Assembly: GCF_000306885.1 (NCBI RefSeq)
Contig: NC_018267.1
Span: forward strand, 420,001-452,000
Source of the DNA: Wolbachia endosymbiont of Onchocerca ochengi
GTDB lineage: Bacteria; Pseudomonadota; Alphaproteobacteria; Rickettsiales; Anaplasmataceae
Direction of reading: 5' to 3'
Length of the DNA stretch: 32,000 nucleotides
The notes under the pieces were generated by a model. That model made no database searches. It had not been told where the DNA came from and was given only the letters and a program-made list of their open reading frames with translations. The first letter of the stretch is position 1. Every line of letters begins with the position of its first letter. Shown piece by piece: positions 19,895 through 30,513 of the stretch. A program made the translations under genes and the position numbers.

Positions 19895-20215
19895 ATGTTG
19901 TACCTGTGATTTTCTAATAACACAACTGTTGTAATTACTTTGATAGCAGTGATTTTAGATACGATTCTCATTGTATCTAGTGTGTACCTGCAGCATCAAA
20001 TAGTAATTAGGTCTATTTTATTCATTCCCTTGCAAAGGTTTCTAAAGACTGTTTTTGCGAGAAATTATACATTTTATTGTTTTTACTGCAAAATAGTTGC
20101 TGGGTGCTTTGTTTTTTTTGTTTCAATTTGTTATTTCTATTTGTGTGTGTTTTTTTGAAATATGTTGAAGGTGAAGTTACTTTACTTGTGAACATCTATA
20201 AGCTCCTATTTACTA
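19895..20215 (-). pseudogene. clpS: Probable decayed clpS (ClpA adaptor) immediately upstream of the clpA relic
   Basis: The minus-strand reading gives KKTKHPATILQ*KQ*NV*FLAKTVF...(frameshift)...PNYYLMLQVH (LMLQVH at 19982-19999). This is colinear with ClpS P.YKVILLNDDYTPMEFV..VL..FF....A..IMLQVH. The boundaries are estimated from ClpS length. Confidence 0.45.
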
Positions 20216-20289
20216 GTTGTTTTTGTTATGTGAAAATTAAAACGGATGATCGTGCAGCGATATTGTTTATAGTGAGTTATTCTTAAGTC

Positions 20290-20942
20290 CGCTTATCATT
20301 GCAGTTGATGATTCAACATTGCTACTCACTTTTGATTGGAATGATTTGGTAAATATTGCAATATGGTAACCTAAATCATCAATTATTGTTTTTAAAGTTA
20401 GGTTTAGATTTTGGTAGTAAGTTATAGTGGTAGTAGGTACTTCTGGTTTATCTTTTCTGTTTTTTATATATCGAACTGATTAGAGAAACTGAAAGATAAT
20501 ACACCTTGAAATGCTTCTTTGAAGTTATTTACATTACTATTATTCCAATTTTCTATGACCACTGGAAAGCAGATAACCTTTTGTATGTTTTCTACATATT
20601 TCTTTATTACTTGAAAATACTCTGCTTTTCCTACGATATTTTTGTTTACATTTTCCTGGTCTTGACTGAGATGCTTCTCACTGAAAGTCATAATAATTAT
20701 AATTGTAGCAATTTTATTTTCATCTCAGTATAGTGAGATATATTAAGCAAATATATCTTTCAAGATGATATACCATTTTGGTTTATTTTATTTAGATAAC
20801 AGAAAATTAAGCTGTGCTTGTTTTCGTATATTAATTTGCCTGCAATAACAGATATTCTTCTTACTTTCATTTTTTGATAGTAATTTAGCCATGTATAAAA
20901 GCAAATACTGAGCATCCAAGCAATTGGTACTGCGTGTAACAA
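20290..20942 (-). pseudogene. Unidentified gene fragments (probable relic of one or more minus-strand genes)
   Basis: ORFs of 75 aa (20464-20691) and 60 aa (20760-20942), plus a further open stretch of about 60 codons (about 20290-20460), lie in different frames on the purine-rich minus strand. I recognise no family. Confidence 0.25.
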
Positions 20943-21222
20943 GGGTTCTCTTGTTAATCATATTGCTAAGTATATTTAATATGGTTTTGAAGTATTCTCT
21001 TCAAATTCTCATTCATTTCAAATAATTGTTTTTTCGGTTTGCTTAATTTTCTGTTCTGCATAAAATTTTTATGAAGTTCAGAAAATTCTATTGATTTCTA
21101 TATATGAGTTTCTTGTGTGTTTTATCATCTTAGCGAAACAAACTTACATAACATTAGTTAAGATTAATTTGCTCATAAAAATTAAGCAAAAGCTTTCAAA
21201 ATAGTGCTAAACTTAGGTTGCT

Positions 21223-23472
21223 ATGATAAGAACGGTTGACGTACTGCTACCACTTACAATTGACCAGTTATTTTCATATGCAATTAAGGAAAATACTGAA
21301 ATTTTAATTGGGGATTATGTAGTAGTGCCATTTGGCAAGAAACGCTTAATCGGCATAGTTTGGAAATATGGCGGCAAAGGCAATCGAGAATTGAAATTTA
21401 TTGAGCAAAAGATTGATTTACCAAACATTAGACCAAAATTGATTGAATTTGCAGAGTGGGTTGCACGATATAATTTAATACCTATCGGTATGCTTGCCAA
21501 AATGATAATGGGGGGAGTGTTAAAGGTGGACCAAGTAAACAAATTGGTTTGTACTGAGCAGAAACAGGAAATAAGTAATATAAGCTGCCGATTAAGTGCC
21601 GAGCAGCAAATAGCTAGTGATAAAATAATAAGCAACTTGAATGGGTATTCAGTAACTTTACTTGATGGTGAAACCGGATCTGGAAAAACAGAAGTTTATC
21701 TCTCTGTAGTTGCGCAATTGATTAAGAATTATAGTAGTCCATCTACCGTTCTAGGTGCTGCTCAGACTTTGTCATTTCAGTGTGCAGACGTTGGAATTCA
21801 GGAAAGAAAATTAGTGTCAAGTATGCAATTGTATGAATGTTATAATATAAGATTGCTTTCTAACAAAAATGATGTTACTTTAGTATCAAGACGATGTAAT
21901 CTAGAAAGCTTCATTGTAGATGAGCATGCTAGGATGACGTCAGAAAATGTTAAAATGACATCTGAAGAGCGTAATGCACAAGTTTTAATTCTTCTACCTG
22001 AAATTATTTTAATTTCGCAATTGATAAATCGTATCTGCGATCAAGTATCAAGAAATTTAGCTCAGTGGCATTCAGAGCTCACTCCAAAAACTCGTCGCAA
22101 TAATTGGCTTAATGTAGCGAATGGAAATGTACAGGTAATTGTAGGGACGAGGTCAGCGCTTTTTTTGCCTTATAAGAATCTAAGATTAATTATTGTTGAT
22201 GAAGAGCACGATTCATCTTTTAAACAAGAGCAAGGAACTATATACAATGCTCGAGATATGGCAATAGTCTTAGCTAAAATTGAAAATATTCCAATAATTT
22301 TATCGTCAGCAACTCCATTGCTTGAAACCATTCATCATGTTAAAAACGGTAATTATAATTATGTAAGGTTAGCTAAGCGTTTTGGTGATGCAGAATTGCC
22401 ACTGATTAAAGTAGTAGACATGAGAAATAATAAGCAGTGGATTTCCAATCAGCTTTTTGAGGGCATAGAACGAGCTATAAAAAAAAATCAGCAAGTTATG
22501 CTTTTTTTAAATCGCCGAGGGTATGCTCAGCTTGCAGTTTGTAAAAAGTGCGGATACAAAATTTCCTGCTTAAATTGTTCTGTTTGGCTTACGTATTACA
22601 AAAAAAAGAATGTTCTTTTATGTTATCATTGCTCTTATCAATTAACCCTTCCAGAAAAATGTCCTAATTGCGAAAGTGAACAGCCATTGTTTCTTTATGG
22701 TGTAGGGATTGAAAGATTACTTGAGGAAACAGTAAAATTAATACCAAACGCAAAAACTGTGATCGTAAGTAGTGATCAGAAGTCAGTGAGTAATGTTATT
22801 GACTTAATATTGAAGGAAGAAGTGAATGTTATAATCGGTACACAGATAATTGCTAAGGGACACAATTTTCCTAAATTAACTTTAGTTGGGGTAATAAATG
22901 CAGATTTAAGTCTTGAGAATTCTGATCTAAGGGCAGCAGAAAAAATGTATCAGTTATTGCACCAAGTTGCAGGAAGATCTGGAAGGTTTAACGAAAAAGG
23001 AATGGTAATAGTGCAGACAAATAATCCTGAAAGTTTGATAATAAAAGCATTGCAGCATCAAAAAAGGGACTTATTTTATGAACTTGAACTTGAGTTGAGA
23101 TCTAAAGCTCAAATGCCACCATTTAGCAGGTTGATAGCACTTATAGTTTGTGGTAAAGATCAGATTGCAACACAAAAAGCAGCAAGCAAAATAGCTAGCT
23201 TTTTGCATAATCAGTGTTTAACTATTGCTCCTTCTTTATTGCCATTTCAGTGTGTGATACCAGAACTTAGAAGAAAAGAATTTGAAATTCTTGGTCCATC
23301 GCCGGCAGCAGTAAATTTCTTAAATAAGAAGTATCGGTATAGGATCTTACTAAAGATACATAATAAACATTGTTTATCCGTACAAAAGAAGCTGAAATAT
23401 TGGATTCAAAGCTGTAACTTAAATTTAAGTACCACAGTTGTAGTAGATGTTGATCCTGTAAGTTTTTTTTAA
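21223..23472 (+). CDS. priA: Primosomal protein N' (replication restart helicase PriA) carrying in-frame insertions
   Basis: 749 aa with Walker A GETGSGKTEVY, the DEEH box IIVDEEHDSSFKQ, the Cys-rich zinc region CKKCGYKISCLNCSVWLTYY...CYHCSY...CPNC, and the motifs IGTQIIAKGHNFP and QVAGRSGR. Confidence 0.93.
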   Translation: MIRTVDVLLPLTIDQLFSYAIKENTEILIGDYVVVPFGKKRLIGIVWKYGGKGNRELKFIEQKIDLPNIRPKLIEFAEWVARYNLIPIGMLAKMIMGGVLKVDQVNKLVCTEQKQEISNISCRLSAEQQIASDKIISNLNGYSVTLLDGETGSGKTEVYLSVVAQLIKNYSSPSTVLGAAQTLSFQCADVGIQERKLVSSMQLYECYNIRLLSNKNDVTLVSRRCNLESFIVDEHARMTSENVKMTSEERNAQVLILLPEIILISQLINRICDQVSRNLAQWHSELTPKTRRNNWLNVANGNVQVIVGTRSALFLPYKNLRLIIVDEEHDSSFKQEQGTIYNARDMAIVLAKIENIPIILSSATPLLETIHHVKNGNYNYVRLAKRFGDAELPLIKVVDMRNNKQWISNQLFEGIERAIKKNQQVMLFLNRRGYAQLAVCKKCGYKISCLNCSVWLTYYKKKNVLLCYHCSYQLTLPEKCPNCESEQPLFLYGVGIERLLEETVKLIPNAKTVIVSSDQKSVSNVIDLILKEEVNVIIGTQIIAKGHNFPKLTLVGVINADLSLENSDLRAAEKMYQLLHQVAGRSGRFNEKGMVIVQTNNPESLIIKALQHQKRDLFYELELELRSKAQMPPFSRLIALIVCGKDQIATQKAASKIASFLHNQCLTIAPSLLPFQCVIPELRRKEFEILGPSPAAVNFLNKKYRYRILLKIHNKHCLSVQKKLKYWIQSCNLNLSTTVVVDVDPVSFF
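21727..21975 (+). repeat. In-frame insertion of about 80 codons within priA, with imperfect terminal inverted repeats (resembles a palindromic or MITE-type element)
   Basis: E. coli PriA has about 12 aa between GKTEVYLSV and the (Q)xLVLVPEI strand; this protein has about 90. GTCATTTCAGTGTGCAGACGT (21771-21791) is an imperfect reverse complement of ACGTCAGAAAATGTTAAAATGAC (21937-21959). An internal duplication MTSEN-VK-MTSEE is also present. Confidence 0.45.
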
Positions 23473-24458
23473 CAGATTTGTTACAAAATGTTGATCAAAA
23501 TTGGATAATGTTTCGTTTACTCTGCAGTTAGTTCTATAATATTCATAGAAACTTCATAAGATATATTATTTATTAGCTAAATTTTTGACTTTTAACAGAA
23601 TTTATTATGTTATTGATGTAATCAGAATAAGGGTACGTATGATTAAGTTAATTGTAAAAATTTGTTAAGCTAGTAACGAAAAAAGTATTGGTTTAATAAT
23701 AAACTTTATTGATAATGATGAAATAGAGTTTGTTACTTGTTACAGATTTTAATGGGTAAGTGGTTCACATGTAAGAAATACGTGCTATATTTTCAGCGCT
23801 TTATAACACGAAGATATCAAGAGAAGTGGTAGTACACAAAATGCTGCTTCATTTTATGTAAAATCCTGATGAATAACCCACTAGAAGATGTGATGAAGTA
23901 TTTAAAATAAGCAATAAATGATTATGTTAATAGCTTAATGAGGGAATTGGGATGAAGGACTTTATACTTACATAAACTTTCAGAATAAAAAGGGCTAAGT
24001 TCTATTGGGTTATTTAGCTCGAGGAAAAGCAAGAGCCACATTTGTGGTAGTATGGACAGACTAAGCTAAATCAGAGAAGAGAAAAGATGGATGTAGTGGT
24101 GGTTGATTGGTATTGTACTCAGTTTTTTCTTGGTGTTGGATTGGCTATATATTTCTTTAGTTAAGCTTATAAACAGGTTAAAACAATGGAATATGTTTGT
24201 TGCATGATTCTAAGTTTTTTCATAAGCATATAAAACCAAGTAATTTGGTGATGAAAGTTTTGCAAAAAGAACCCAGTGGCACGAAGACCTTGGTGTAACA
24301 TATGCTAATTACAATAAATTAAGTGCCTAAATAACTCGTTTTCTAAGTTCTGCAGTGTTCTCAACTCTCAATTAATTTTATCTACGGATACTAGAAAACT
24401 AATATAGATTTTTTCTACTCCTGTGATATTATAAGTCTGTAGTTATGAATAAGCAAAT

Positions 24459-26264
24459 ATGGATAAGTTGGCGTACGCGATTATAGAGCATGAGTATGAC
24501 GTAGTGGTAGTAGGTGCAGGTGGAGCAGGACTCAGAACAGCACTTGAAATCGCTGCCACTAATTTTTCAGTTGCTTGCATCTCTAAAATCTTTCCTACGC
24601 GCAGTCATACAGTTGCAGCGCAGGGTGGAATCAGTGCAGCTTTAGGGAATATTGCTGAGGACGATTGGCGCTGGCATGCGTATGATACAATAAAAGGATC
24701 AGATTGGCTTGGTGATCAAGATGCAATAGAATATATGTGTAAAAACGCTGCTAAGGCTGTTATTGAACTTGAAAATTTTGGTGTGCCTTTTTCTCGCACG
24801 GAAAAAGGCACAATATACCAGCGTTCTTTTGGAGGGATGACAACTCATTTTGGTAAAGGAAAATCAGCTCAGCGTACTTGTGCAGCAGCAGATAAAACTG
24901 GGCATGCAATTCTTCACACTCTATATCAGCAGTGTCTTAAGTTCAATGTTAAATTTTTTGTTGAATACTTTGTGATTGATTTAATCATGGACAATAAAAC
25001 CGGAATGTGCTGTGGAGTTTTTGCCTGGTCACTATGTGATGGTACACTGCATAAATTTCGTGCACATGCAGTGGTGATAGCAACAGGTGGATATGGGCGT
25101 ATTTACTTTTCTGCAACAAGTGCACACACCTGCACAGGTGATGGTAATGGTATGGTAGTGAGAGCCGGGTTGCCACTTGAAGATATGGAGTTTGTGCAAT
25201 TTCATCCAACAGGAATATATGGCTCAGGATGCTTGATGACAGAAGGATGTCGAGGAGAAGGTGGGTACCTTATTAATTCTCAAGGTGAGAGATTCATGGA
25301 GCGCTACGCTTCTAAGGCAAAGGACTTAGCTTCTCGCGATGTGGTAAGTCGTGCAATAACAATTGAAATTAGAGAGGGAAGAGGAGTTGGACCAAAGAAA
25401 GATCACATATATTTAGTTATAGCACACCTTGATCCAGAAGTAATAAAACTGAGGCTTCCAGGAATTAGTGAAACCGCAAAGGCTTTTGCAGGAGTTGATG
25501 TTACCAAAGATCCAATACCGGTTATTCCAACTGTTCACTATAATATGGGTGGTATTCCAACTAATTATCATGGAGAAGTGATCACGTTGAAAAAAGGTAA
25601 GGAAGAAATAGTAGAAGGATTATTTGCAATTGGAGAAGCAGCATGTATTTCTGTACACGGTGCAAATCGACTTGGTTCTAACTCGCTTCTCGATCTTATA
25701 GTTTTTGGTAGAGCTGCAGCGCTAAGAGCAAAGGAAAAATTGAAGCTCAATACACCACATAGAAAATTGCACTCAGATTGTACAGATTGGATAGTAGATA
25801 GGTTCAATAAGATGAGATTTGCTTCTGGAGGGCTTAAAGTAGCGAAAATACGCAATAAAATGCAGAACACTATGCAAAGATATGCATCTATATTTCGTGT
25901 TGCTGAAGTTTTAGAAGAAGGTAAGAAAGCTATAAAAGAAGTAGCAAAAATGATGCTTGATATTGTAATTGAAGATCGCAGTATGATATGGAACAGCGAT
26001 TTAGTTGAAGCACTAGAACTCGCTAATATGGTTCCACAAGCAGTTATTACTATGGAATGCGCAGCTAACCGCGAAGAAAGCAGAGGTTCTCATGCTCGTG
26101 AGGATTTTCCTAAGCGTGATGACAAGAATTGGATGAAGCACACTATGGCGTGGCTTGAAGAAGAGGAAGGCGAAATTAATGTGAAAATTGATTATAAAAA
26201 AGTTGCTGAAAAAACTTTGAGTGATGAGATTGACTTCATAGCGCCAGAAGAGAGGATTTATTAA
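24459..26264 (+). CDS. sdhA: Succinate dehydrogenase flavoprotein subunit
   Basis: 601 aa with the FAD fold [12 protein letters not shown], the covalent-FAD His context [11 protein letters not shown], and HPTG and RGEGG motifs. Confidence 0.96.
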   Translation: MDKLAYAIIEHEYDVVVVGAGGAGLRTALEIAATNFSVACISKIFPTRSHTVAAQGGISAALGNIAEDDWRWHAYDTIKGSDWLGDQDAIEYMCKNAAKAVIELENFGVPFSRTEKGTIYQRSFGGMTTHFGKGKSAQRTCAAADKTGHAILHTLYQQCLKFNVKFFVEYFVIDLIMDNKTGMCCGVFAWSLCDGTLHKFRAHAVVIATGGYGRIYFSATSAHTCTGDGNGMVVRAGLPLEDMEFVQFHPTGIYGSGCLMTEGCRGEGGYLINSQGERFMERYASKAKDLASRDVVSRAITIEIREGRGVGPKKDHIYLVIAHLDPEVIKLRLPGISETAKAFAGVDVTKDPIPVIPTVHYNMGGIPTNYHGEVITLKKGKEEIVEGLFAIGEAACISVHGANRLGSNSLLDLIVFGRAAALRAKEKLKLNTPHRKLHSDCTDWIVDRFNKMRFASGGLKVAKIRNKMQNTMQRYASIFRVAEVLEEGKKAIKEVAKMMLDIVIEDRSMIWNSDLVEALELANMVPQAVITMECAANREESRGSHAREDFPKRDDKNWMKHTMAWLEEEEGEINVKIDYKKVAEKTLSDEIDFIAPEERIY

Positions 26265-28539
26265 ATTGATTGTTGGATTCTAATAGTTCCTTGGTAAATT
26301 GGGATATTGATATGCCTTCTATTTTAAAACTAGGTGGGCTTTCAATATATTTTGACTGGTCTTGCAGTTCTTGCGTTTTTTGTTCTTCTAAACCATTAGG
26401 TATATTTTTTATTCTTTTGGAAGAATTATTGTATTGTGTATCATTTTTTGGTATCTTACCTTGAGGTATAATTTGTTTTTCTCCAGTAAATTTCCTTTTA
26501 GCTTTTTTAAATTTTTCATAAATGTTTTCTAAATTGAAGCAGATGAGGTAACAGATTCCTATAGCTGCTATAGTAGATGATGTAGTAGTAATTGTAATAC
26601 TTCCCTGAGCAGCACTGAATACTACTGCACAGGTTAGAGCAGCAAATATAAGTGTTATTATTACTTTATAGGCAACATTGTTGACACGCTTCACAATATC
26701 ACGTACTTTAAATTTCTTACCAAAATTAAGTTTTAAGTTAGTTCTCATGTTATCTGGAATAAGCAATTTACCCATTGACTTCTCTATTCCTTTTATAGTT
26801 TGATAATACTCTCTATTCCATAATAGTTTAGGCAATATTAATTGTTTTTGGTCAGCGCCATTCTGCAGTAATTTTACACAGAACTTGATTGTGTTATCAC
26901 GATTTCTAGGATTGGGAAGATTATGTCTACTTTTTACTGCCTTGGAAATTAACGCTACTTGTATCGGTGTTTGTTTTTTACCATTACTAGCGTTTATAGC
27001 TTGACTTAGCTTATTCTCAGGTATATTTGTGCTTTTTACTACTAAATCTAAGCATACAACCTTTTGTTCTCCTTTAAGTGAAGCAATATAGTGTAGAGCA
27101 TTCCTTTTATTACTATCTTTAACAGTGATGTCAGCACCATTTTCTAATAGTAGTTTTAAGGCTTTATATCTTTTAGTGTTCTCAAAACTTGTCAGTGAAG
27201 ATTTTTCACTCTTTTTTTGTATGTACTGGAGTAGTTTATGAAAAGGTGTTTGCCCTTCTTGATTCTTTCTATTATTTATGGCATCGATAAATTGTTCTTT
27301 TTGACCTACTTTTAGTAATATATTGAGGAATTCGAGCTTTTGTTCTTTTTTCAATTTTGAAATTATTAAATGTAGGGCGTTGTTACCATTTATGTCTTTA
27401 AAGCTAACATCCAACCCTTTTTGTAACAATTCTTTAAAAAGTTTTTTATCGTAATTATTAATTGCTGAATGTAATAAATAATTACTATTAATATCTAAAA
27501 TATTTATAGTGCGTATTATAATATCTTTAATTTTTTTTTCTATATCAGGTTTTTGCTCTGATTTAGGTTGTTTTATTAATTCTGTTGATTTTTCTAAGAA
27601 ATTATGATAGTATACCTTTTGCTCTTCTTTTAAGCCTTGTAATTCTTCTGTAAATAATTCTAAATTACTATAGTTGGTTTTATGTCTTAACAGTTTTGTG
27701 AAGAACTTAAGCGTGTTATTGTTATTCTGGATCATATTGGATTCATGTTTTTCTTCTGTTATCTTGTTGATTAATATCTCCTGAATAGGAGTCTTTCCAT
27801 CATCTTTGCTACAAATGGACTGTGCTGAGTTTTTTCTGCTAACCGTTTTAATTAGGGTACCTAGGAACTTAAGTTTCTGTTTCCTTTTTAAGAATGCAAT
27901 GAAGTATAAAGTATTCTTTTCTTCCTTATCTTTTATGCTGCTAATATCCATACAATTTTTTAGATGTTTTTTAAATTTTTTATCATTTTGATTTTTAATT
28001 GCTTTCAATAATTGAGTACTATTACTTACTATTATGTTGTTTGTTTCTACTTTATGATCATTTTCAATATCGCTGCCATAGCCATTTTCTAGTTCACTAT
28101 TTTCACTATTCCTGTGATTGTTTTGCTTGTGGGTAGCAGTACTATTAAAGCAATGTTTGCTATTGTAAGTAATTTCAGAAATTGCTTGTCTTATTTTCTC
28201 CTTTTTTATAGGGTCTAGTTCTTTCGATATTTTTCTATTTAATTCTAGAAGAAAGTTCCGGATATAGTATATATAATATTTTTCTTGTTCTCTAAGTGAT
28301 TCTCTTAATCTAGTCAATACTTCAGGGCTAGCACCTTTTTTGATTAACCTTTTGCCCTTCTTGATAGTTCTATCTTGACTTCTTGGTTTTTCGCGGTTGT
28401 ACTCTTCTTTTTTTACCTTTCTCTCTATAGCAGTGTATGATTGCTTGTCTTTTTTTTCCTGCTCTCGCCTTTCATTTTTATCTATGTATTCTTTTAATTT
28501 ATTCGTATTAGTAATTAGTACATTTATGTCTATACCCAT
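26236..28539 (-). CDS. Ankyrin-repeat protein with a charged N-terminal region and a C-proximal transmembrane hairpin
   Basis: ANK-like units include [54 protein letters not shown] and LLQNGAD. Two hydrophobic helices sit at ORF-track aa 628-676 (26530-26676). I place the start at the ATG at 28539 because GAGGA lies 5 nt upstream. The ORF track uses a TTG at 28557. Confidence 0.85.
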   Translation of the reverse strand: MGIDINVLITNTNKLKEYIDKNERREQEKKDKQSYTAIERKVKKEEYNREKPRSQDRTIKKGKRLIKKGASPEVLTRLRESLREQEKYYIYYIRNFLLELNRKISKELDPIKKEKIRQAISEITYNSKHCFNSTATHKQNNHRNSENSELENGYGSDIENDHKVETNNIIVSNSTQLLKAIKNQNDKKFKKHLKNCMDISSIKDKEEKNTLYFIAFLKRKQKLKFLGTLIKTVSRKNSAQSICSKDDGKTPIQEILINKITEEKHESNMIQNNNNTLKFFTKLLRHKTNYSNLELFTEELQGLKEEQKVYYHNFLEKSTELIKQPKSEQKPDIEKKIKDIIIRTINILDINSNYLLHSAINNYDKKLFKELLQKGLDVSFKDINGNNALHLIISKLKKEQKLEFLNILLKVGQKEQFIDAINNRKNQEGQTPFHKLLQYIQKKSEKSSLTSFENTKRYKALKLLLENGADITVKDSNKRNALHYIASLKGEQKVVCLDLVVKSTNIPENKLSQAINASNGKKQTPIQVALISKAVKSRHNLPNPRNRDNTIKFCVKLLQNGADQKQLILPKLLWNREYYQTIKGIEKSMGKLLIPDNMRTNLKLNFGKKFKVRDIVKRVNNVAYKVIITLIFAALTCAVVFSAAQGSITITTTSSTIAAIGICYLICFNLENIYEKFKKAKRKFTGEKQIIPQGKIPKNDTQYNNSSKRIKNIPNGLEEQKTQELQDQSKYIESPPSFKIEGISISQFTKELLESNNQFNKSSLLAL
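26851..27915 (-). repeat. Three copies of an ankyrin super-repeat of about 85 aa inside the ankyrin gene
   Basis: The units lie at 27667-27915, 27130-27384 and 26851-27105. Each reads N(A/T)L(H/Y).I..LK.(E)QK..FL..L.K, then about 15 aa, then G(K/Q)TP(I/F)(Q/H), then about 25 aa, then T/Y.K....KLL..(GAD). Confidence 0.6.
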
Positions 28540-28997
28540 GTAAATCCTCAATATCAAAGCTATTTAGTTATCAGTACGGAAGCTTATTTTGTTGAAAATA
28601 ATAACAAAAAGTTAAATTAAATTTTTAAATTAGCTAAATATTGTATGTATTATCAAAATAAGGTAGAAAAGTAGAAAATTAGTTTTTATTAGAAGATTTG
28701 TCATTGTAGCTATAAACTCCACTTTAATGTTCACTGCTATTTTAACCTTTTAATCTTAAAAAAGAATGAACCTAGCTAAGGTGGGTTTCAAAATTACTTT
28801 AGCTTAAGTTGTTTTCAAAAAAGTCAAAAAGTGATAATTAAACTTTATTTTTGTGTGTATGAAAATGGTAGCTTTATGGTATATGTTATTTTCAAAAAGG
28901 TAAAGATAAGACTTTATCCATATAACTTGTATTTTAATTTGATTGTGTTTTATTAAAAAAACTTTAAATTTAATGAATAATTAATATATGTAAACCT

Positions 28998-30329
28998 ATG
29001 ACTGAAACTTGGAGTTTATTGCAAGTAGGGCAGAAGGAAAATTATAAAGTAGCATATACAAATGCTCGTATTATTGACCCAGAGACTAAACTTGATATAA
29101 AAGGCTCACTGCTAACTGAAGGGAGTAAAATAGTTGATTTTGGTGAATCATTGCTTTTAGATGGAATTCCAAGTGGAATTGACGAGATGGTAGACTGCGA
29201 AGGACTTGTTCTGATGCCAGGTCTTATTGATGTTCATGTACATTTTCGTGAACCAGGCCAAGAGCATAAAGAAACTATATATACAGGCAGCAAATCTGCA
29301 GCTGCGGGAGGTGTGACAACTGTAGTTTGTCAGCCTAATACTGTTCCAGCAATAGATAGTGTTATTTTGGCTAAGTATTTGAAATGTAGAGCGCTTGAAA
29401 CTTCACATGTGAACGTTGAATTCTATGCTAAAATTACCACTTCGGAGGAAAGATTAACTGAAATGGCACTTTTAAAAGAAGCAGGTGCAGTTGGATTTAC
29501 TGACGATGGTATGCCAGTTATGAATCCAATGGTTATGAGACAAGCACTGCTTTATTCAAGTATGCTGAACGTTCCTATTGCTCAACATGCAGAAGATCTA
29601 AATTTATCGGCAGGTGGAGCGATCAATGCAGGTAAGATTTCTGAAGAATTGGGAGTAAAGGGAATCTTAAGTGCGTCAGAATCGATTATGGTAAGTCGTG
29701 ATATACTGCTCATGAAAGATATGGAAAACGTGCACTATCACGTTTTGCATATCTCCTCAAAGGATTCGCTTGATGTGATTAAACGTGCAAAAGATTTAGG
29801 GTTAAATGTCACGTGTGAGGTGACTCCTCATCACTTTACTTTAACTGAGGATATAGTAAAACGACATGGAACAATCGCAAAAGTGAACCCCCCACTTCGT
29901 TCTGAAGGAGATCGTTTGGCTATGGTTGAAGGTTTAAAAACAGGTGTGATTGATTGTATTGCAACTGATCACGCACCTCATGATCGTGATTCTAAAGATC
30001 TACCGTTAGAAAACGCTGCATTTGGCATTGTGGGCCTTGAAACAATTCTTCCCCTTTCACTTGAACTTTATCACAGTGGGCAAATGAGTTTGTTTGATGT
30101 ATTAGCAAAGCTTACATATAAGCCTGCGGATATAATACATGTACCACGCGGTCGTATACAAAAGAACCTCGCTGCAGACTTAATTTTAGTTGACCTGAAT
30201 CACGAATGGGAAATTAAGATTGATAGTTTTGCTAGTAAATCAAAAAATTCTCCTTTTGATAAACGCAAGGTAAAAGGGTACACAGTGCGCACTATTGTAT
30301 CCGGTAAAACCGTATATTCACATGAATGA
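28998..30329 (+). CDS. pyrC: Dihydroorotase
   Basis: 443 aa with the metal-binding motif DVHVHFREPG, TDHAPH, and amidohydrolase-like overall sequence. Confidence 0.93.
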   Translation: MTETWSLLQVGQKENYKVAYTNARIIDPETKLDIKGSLLTEGSKIVDFGESLLLDGIPSGIDEMVDCEGLVLMPGLIDVHVHFREPGQEHKETIYTGSKSAAAGGVTTVVCQPNTVPAIDSVILAKYLKCRALETSHVNVEFYAKITTSEERLTEMALLKEAGAVGFTDDGMPVMNPMVMRQALLYSSMLNVPIAQHAEDLNLSAGGAINAGKISEELGVKGILSASESIMVSRDILLMKDMENVHYHVLHISSKDSLDVIKRAKDLGLNVTCEVTPHHFTLTEDIVKRHGTIAKVNPPLRSEGDRLAMVEGLKTGVIDCIATDHAPHDRDSKDLPLENAAFGIVGLETILPLSLELYHSGQMSLFDVLAKLTYKPADIIHVPRGRIQKNLAADLILVDLNHEWEIKIDSFASKSKNSPFDKRKVKGYTVRTIVSGKTVYSHE

Positions 30330-30513
30330 TTCTTTTCACAGAAAGCTTACTCATATAGCTATATAAAATTTTCATTTTTATGTTAATTTATAACTTTTTT
30401 GAGCTTGATAATTTTATTGTGAGTATTAAATGCTGTGTAAAAACACTGACTCTTTTCACTATATTTGATTAATTCTAAGGATTCCGTATACTTTCTTTCC
30501 ATAGTTTTTGCTA

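Noticed and set aside
19940-20286. Two overlapping plus-strand ORFs (72 and 69 aa) rich in Phe/Leu/Cys/Val that could be taken for small membrane proteins.
   Set aside because: They are the pyrimidine-rich antisense of the purine-rich clpS relic and its upstream DNA. They are low-complexity with no RBS-like context.
26236-26264. A 29-bp convergent overlap of the sdhA and ankyrin-gene 3' ends, considered as a possible antisense regulatory arrangement.
   Set aside because: Short tail-to-tail overlaps are common in compact or drifting genomes, and nothing in the sequence indicates regulation. It is noted within the ankyrin finding only.
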